DNA from: Mobula hypostoma
Taxonomy: Eukaryota
Length of the DNA: 64,000 nucleotides
Assembly: GCF_963921235.1 (NCBI RefSeq)
Contig: NC_086097.1
Span: forward strand, 220,350,001 to 220,414,000
Direction: 5' to 3'
The position numbers and the translations under genes are program-made. Shown in pieces: positions 57,901-64,000 of the stretch. The first letter of the stretch is position 1, and every line of letters begins with the position of its first letter. A model generated the notes under the pieces. It did not search any database. It saw only the letters and a program-made list of their open reading frames with translations, and was not told where the DNA came from.

Positions 57901-59778
57901 AATTAACTTTAGTAATACTCTTCATGATTACTGAGTTGCAATGTTAAATTACTGTGAATTAGCAGTGAAGCTCAACACAGGGCATCTCCTCATTTTAAAA
58001 GTCCAGCTAAAATAAAAAATAACTTTGAATTTTTCCGTCTATGCATTAGTACCCAACTGGGTATTCAGAAACCCATGACTTTTCAGTTAGCTTTGACCAG
58101 TGCTAATGAACATTATTTGCTGGAAAATTGTACAAAATAGACAAGAAATGTACACCAAGGAGGGAAAAATTTTATACTTGCTTTTGATTTTGCCATCACA
58201 GAATTATTTGAAAGTATTGAGGTGGAGAAATACCTAGCTGCTTTCAATGATACACCTGAACTCCATGCTGCACCTTGGCCCGTGTGGGAGAGGCGGAATC
58301 ACACCACTCCCCTCTGGTTGACAGAGATAAGGCCGCAAAGGAGCCGGAACAGGCCAGTCTATTAGTCTGCTGCTACTGGTGGTAGGGGCACAGCCTGTGA
58401 GGAGCAAACAGTCATGCTCTTGAAGAAGGGACGATGGTGATGGTGAGAAGGTAGCTGGCCTTTAGCGCCAAGGGAACTGATTAACATTTGTAGGATGGGA
58501 ATTTTTTTTTTGCAGGAAGACCAGGTGTTAGTCGTTGAATTGGAATACGGTCCGGGTGCGTGACAGACACTTTTGTACTGCAGAGGGAAATAGTTACAAA
58601 TTCCTGCCTTTCGTTGGGTGACTGGAGTGGGTTTGGGGGCAGGGTGGCATTAAGGGCTTTCCTGAGACAGTCCAAATGACCAAGAGAAAACTATTCTGCA
58701 TTTTGTGCATGGGTACAGACGTGAGTGCCCATTTCTGACAGGCTGTCGGATCTAGCATGTAGATTTGGCCTGGGAGAACAATCAGGAGTCTGAGTAAGTG
58801 GAAGTGATAGATAGAGAGAATGAATAAGCTACACATTTGGTCACCTGTCTGGATTGGTAACCACAGCAAAGCATTAGATTGGTCTTATTATGAGATGATG
58901 TTGGTAATTCTATATTTTTCAATCAGCATGTAACAGTTATGGTCAGATAAGTTAATCTAGTGTGAGAGGTGGGACTTTGCAGAGCTGATAATGTTTAATA
59001 GGTAGCCTCAGTCTGCAGAGCCAAAATATTATATTTCATCAATATAATGAAAAATTAGGGCAAAAGTTTCATGCACCCTGGATATTGAACCGTGACTGCA
59101 GAACACAAGCATAGCATGAAAAGATAATGCACCAACTCTTGCTGACAGAAGTCACAAACCACCTGAAGTCTATTCCCCATTTGGCTTTATCAAAAACAAA
59201 ATTCATATTCCACTTAAATACCTTCCAAATCAAATTCTTTATTCTTACAGTTTTCAGCTTATTGGTATGTTTATTTATATTCACAGCAGAACCTTTTAAA
59301 GAAAGGCTTCATTTCTAAATACTGAAGGAAAATATGGCTGAAAGCCTGCACACTGGATTAAACAGCAGAAAAGTCAGCAACCACCGAGGATCAAAAAAAA
59401 AGCGCAAAGAGCTGATCGTTCTGCAAAACGACGATAGAAATACATTCATCGGACAAGGTTCGAAGCCGATGTCGATCTGTTGTGAGGACAGACTTAAGTC
59501 ACACTTATGGTGAATGCAATTAATGGAGAAAGCAGCTTCAGTAGACAAGTACATTGCTACTAAGGAGCCTGTCACTCTCTGAGCAACACTTGTAATAAGA
59601 ATTTCTCTGAGACTGGCTGAGAGTTCAATTGGCTGCTGCACTTTTCTTGGCTTGATCTGGTGGAGCTTGTTTGTTGGTATAATTGTTACCACCTAAATGT
59701 TGGCCTTGCACTGTACATCAGCAAGCACGTGGACCTTCTGGACCTAGTTGAAGACAGGAGGAATAGCAATCCAGAGGG
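54950..59778 (-). other. NCOA2: NCOA2 3' UTR (~4.8 kb, transposon-free)
   Basis: Follows the KYC stop, is AU-rich, has no recognisable repeats, ends at tandem AATAAA signals and contains a block resembling the recalled mammalian NCOA2 UTR (TGAGGTACTnCAGTATTA..TTAGATA). Confidence 0.72.
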
Positions 59779-59790
59779 TCAGCAATATTT
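59779..59790 (-). CDS. NCOA2: Terminal coding segment K-Y-C-stop of nuclear receptor coactivator 2
   Basis: ttttcaatcttacAG|AAA TAT TGC TGA. NCOA2 ends in KYC (recalled) and lies upstream of PRDM14 on the same strand in vertebrates. A long UTR-like block follows. Confidence 0.8.
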   Translation of the reverse strand, partial: KYC

Positions 59791-62700
59791 CTGTAAGATT
59801 GAAAAGCATGAAATACATATTTAATTAACAGAAAGAAACACAAGACAACATAGTAAAATTCAACGGATTCAGATCAGTAAGCGATTATGGAAAATGAGCA
59901 ACATCTTAGCCATTCTCTCTGGTCTCTAGCTCAAAGAACAAATTTGTTTTAAGCATTTCTTAAAAATATCTTGCATACAAATGAATAATCTTTCTTACTG
60001 TTTGATTTGCAATGCACCCTTGCTTCTTGCCCCAGTTAAGGGTATGAGTGTGCAGTAGCAGCCAAGGAGTTAACAAGTCATGCACAGTGTTACACAGTTT
60101 AAATGTTTTAAGGTATTGCCTTTTAATGAGACAGCATAGATTTTTTTTAAAGGAAAGCAGGATTGTGTTGAGACTTCTTTTGCTTTTACATACACTAGTT
60201 AATAAATCTCTGTTGTACTAATGGAAATGTAATTAATTATTTATTGTAACTCGTTACTGGAGCAGTCTTGCAATAAATCTTTCATCCTGAAGAAGGGGGA
60301 AAAAAACTTTTATGTTCACATCAGCAACAACTATCATCCAAAAGGCAGCTTCTGTGGTAAATATTGAATGGCACCTGCTCTTTAAGATTAGCAGTCTAAC
60401 AACAAGAGCAGGTGACACAATATCCCAACATTCATTGCTGGGACTTGGCTTCACTTCAACCTAGATTGATGAGGTAACATTACCCATAATACCTCTAAGT
60501 TTTAACCCAAGAGGTGCAAATTGAATTTACTTAAGGATTGAATTCATGGGATAAATGAAAAAATTATATGGAGTACTAAGGATAGAAAGATGTGGGAAAT
60601 TATAAAATCTCACTCTGGAGCTGCAGTGAAAGAAAGCCACTAGGCACATTGAGTTTTGATGCTGCCTTTTATTCCTGCCATTTATCCTGGTACTGTTGTC
60701 ATTATCAGGCAGTGTGGCACAGGCCTCACCTATTTAAGTGACCATTCTTCATGCCTGAGCTCTTTCGTGTTGGTTGATTGTACAACTGTGGAGGCTTCAC
60801 CAAAACCTTTAAGTGTAACCAAAAAAGGATTTGAGGGATGAGGTTGAAGCTCACTTTGTTTTGTTTATCCCACAGAGAGCCAAGTCGAGCTTGGGCCTAT
60901 TTGAGTTCCCCCAGATGGAAGGGATCTGTTCAGAGGGCCTTCAGATCATCATTGAGTGGGGGGCAAATGTAGAGCGGTTGTACATCAAAGTCACACAGCA
61001 TAGACACAGATCCTTTGGTCCACTAAGTCTGGACCAATCATTAACCTACTTGGCTGACAGCCAACTCATCTTTGCGAAATGGGAGGAAACAGCAACAGCG
61101 GGAGAAAATGCAAACTCCACATGGCACATGGACAGCAGCGAGTTCAGGATTGAACCCAGGGTTGTGAGGAAGCACCATTGTGCCACCCTTGTGGCCATTG
61201 CAAGGACAAGGCTTTTTGGGCCAGGAGACTGGAAAGCAGCAGAGGAAGCGGAGGGGGGGGGGGGGAGTCAAGGTGGGATGAAATAATTTTGCGGTATGAG
61301 AGCAGGATGAAACCCAGACAGAGCTGTTGTGAATCCCTGGGAGGACTGTGCAGGGTGAATGGACTGTCGTGGGGAAGACACTTGGATAACCTGTGACTGC
61401 CTGTGGCCCAGGTAAGGTAGAAGTCTCCTCTAAATAAGTTGCTGAACCCACTGGTAAGGGTTTACTTCAGGAGGTGTCTGACAAAATTAGCAGTGCAATA
61501 CCAGTAACAAAACGGTTAGCAAATAACTTTTGCTAAGTTCTGTCAGGTAATGCAGAAAAACATCCTGCTAACCTTTGTAAGTTGTAGGGCAATGTCCAAA
61601 TAAAAATAATCGCAACCAATGAAGAACAAAAACCAAGCCAAGTTAAAACTTCAAGAAAACTTGTTTCAGATTTTAACAGAAAAGCATCAATAGAGAATTT
61701 AAGTAACTTTTTAACTTTATAAAGCAGATCAGTGGATGACAAAAGTTAAGGAATAACTAAAGATGAGACCAGAAAGAAAACCTATAAAAGGGTAGTGAAC
61801 CTTTTTAAGAGCATGTACCCAAATCTTCTTTTAAAAAAAATCACCTGCCATGGTAATTTTGAGCAGAGATTATCATTGATTAATGAATTAGTAACAATAA
61901 TTATGGACTTTAAGGAAAAAGCACGAGTCCTGTTGCTTACTTATGTGTATTCATTGCTTTACTATTATTAAAAGTACAACAGAACAGATTGAAATTAATA
62001 CGGCGTTTTAGAAAACCTGTTAAAATTGCTAATATTAATCACTTAAAAAGACAGCTGAAAAGTATTTATGCGGACGCTAAACTATGTACAGTATTACAAA
62101 ATACCCAGTGTTCACTCACTAATGACAGAAGGAAAAAGACATCAGCAAAGTGAAGACAATGCCAACTGCCCACCATTTACTATATGTACACTGTGTCTGG
62201 GAGGATTTCAAAATGTATCATCCAACATCATATGATCTCGCAACTGTCCAGCTGGCGCAAAGCCGGCATGAGATGTTTTCTGTGAAACATCTCACTGCTT
62301 TTGGATTGTATAAAAAAAATCATTTGCTGGTAAAGATAATCATGATGTATCTTTTTATTATGGGTGGGATTTTAAGAATCTTGGGGTGGCACTGCATGCC
62401 ATGTGCCAACAATTTTTTTTGCGTACCATCTTGGGCACACGTGCCATGGGTTTATCCATGGGGACAGGGATCACCATTTGTCTGTTAAATGGCAGGAAGT
62501 GCATTTGGATTTGAATTTTCAGGAACAAACTTTAAGGTATAATTTTCAGATAAGATTATATAAACTTAAAAGCACCTGCTCAATTTTAATGGAGTATTAC
62601 AAGCTTATTTTGATGCAGCAAAAGATTCTACAAGGCTATAAACTGGACGTTATATGTACATTAGCTCCGATACTTAATTATGCAGTCGTAAAACTAATTA

Positions 62701-64000
62701 CCTGCATAGTCCAGCCTCATCTGAATATGGACTTAACTAATTCATCTATTTCATAATAAGTTCAAAATACACATAATAGGACTTTAATTGGAATTGGGTC
62801 ATCACACTACTTAATGTAAAATATATTTGCAGCTAAGAGCAATTCAAAATGTTATGTGAAAATGGATCACTTTTATGATGCGCATGTTTCCACAAAACCA
62901 ACCGTTAGCAAAGCAGTATATCTATGACACTGCTGAGTGGAAGGATACATTATTTATACAGTATAAATAAAGAGCCACTGATCAACTGTGATTACGTCTT
63001 AAGTTTTTCTTATAAAAATTTTATATTAGTTTTATCTTCAGGCTCATCTTCGTATGCACAGTTCACATGATGCTTAATTATTTGATAATGACCAACATTC
63101 ATAGTCACAGTAATATCGCACGGAAATAGATCCTACATCCCAACTCACCCGTGATGACCTCATCTAGTCCCATTTGGTCCCTATCCCTATAAATCGGGGT
63201 ATCCCAATCTTTTTTGTGCCCTGGACCAATACCATTAAGCAAGGTGTCTGTGGACCCCAGGATGGCAAAGCCTGCACCAAACCTTTCCTCCTATCTTTTC
63301 CATTTAAAATACTTCTTTTTGGTTTCACATATTTATATAAAATCATTATGAAAGTAACTGATCTAATAAACATTAAGGTTTTTTTTTGTCTCCCGACTGG
63401 AGGGGAAATGCAATGTAAATTGCATGACAATTCATTTTGGCATTAAAGTATCGATTCCATTAATGTTCTAGGTTATCTCAATGACGTTATTCTCAACCCA
63501 CACTTGCTTGTGATAGGTGTCTTATTATGCTGACTAACTTGGAAAAAGGGCAAGAGATTTGATCCTTTAGACTGAAAACGCTTCTGCCAAGAAAAGTGTA
63601 GTATTTTAACCAATTTCTTTTTAACCACCTCAGCAGCAAACATAAAGTGACTGAAAACATAAGAATGGGACTCAGGATTCTGGTCAACCAGTGTTCATAC
63701 ATTCCACCACGTCTGGGTACCAAAAACAATAAATGAAAATCAAAAGATGCTGGAAATCTGAAATAAAAATGGAAAAAAGCAAGAAGAATCTTTCCATAGA
63801 TACTGCCTGATCTAGCATTTTCTGGCTTTATTTGGTTACCACAACGTATGGGCCTAGAAGTCAGGTCATAGAACATCACATTAATGTGCCTGGTGCAATT
63901 CAATTGCAACATATAAAATAACAGCAAAGGAAATAGAAGAATGCTGTAAATTTCACAAAATCCACAATTTTGTTTTGGGTCCTCTGCATATCTGATGCAC

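Noticed and set aside
60000..64000. Penultimate NCOA2 exon
   Set aside because: No recognisable NCOA2 peptide with splice sites was found. It is probably outside the window.

Overview
Vertebrate nuclear DNA, most likely from a cartilaginous fish (shark or ray). This is inferred from the CR1/Penelope/Tc1/hAT repeat spectrum and is not proven. Two host genes lie on the minus strand. (1) A complete PRDM14 gene has 7 coding exons at 7343-13385, all GT-AG and phase-consistent, giving 1608 nt / 535 aa with a PR/SET domain and 6 C2H2 fingers. A probable first exon ends at 15420, inside a CpG-retaining domain. (2) The terminal exon (K-Y-C-stop) and ~4.8 kb 3' UTR of NCOA2 lie at ~54950-59790, matching the known NCOA2-PRDM14 synteny. 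The rest is mostly decayed, often nested transposons: CR1 LINEs, Penelope-like elements (PLEs), Tc1, hAT elements/MITEs, tRNA-SINEs and a solo LTR. The most notable non-genic system is a family of short PLE-derived fold-back insertions with target-site duplications (TSDs). They carry a minimal hammerhead-ribozyme motif (CTGA(C/T)GA-stem II-GAAAC-GTC) and are linked to a GIY-YIG Penelope ORF at 44229-45107. One disabled copy sits in a PRDM14 intron. Most other ORFs in the supplied track are chance or antisense frames of repeats. Orthology calls rest on my recall of the proteins, not on a search.
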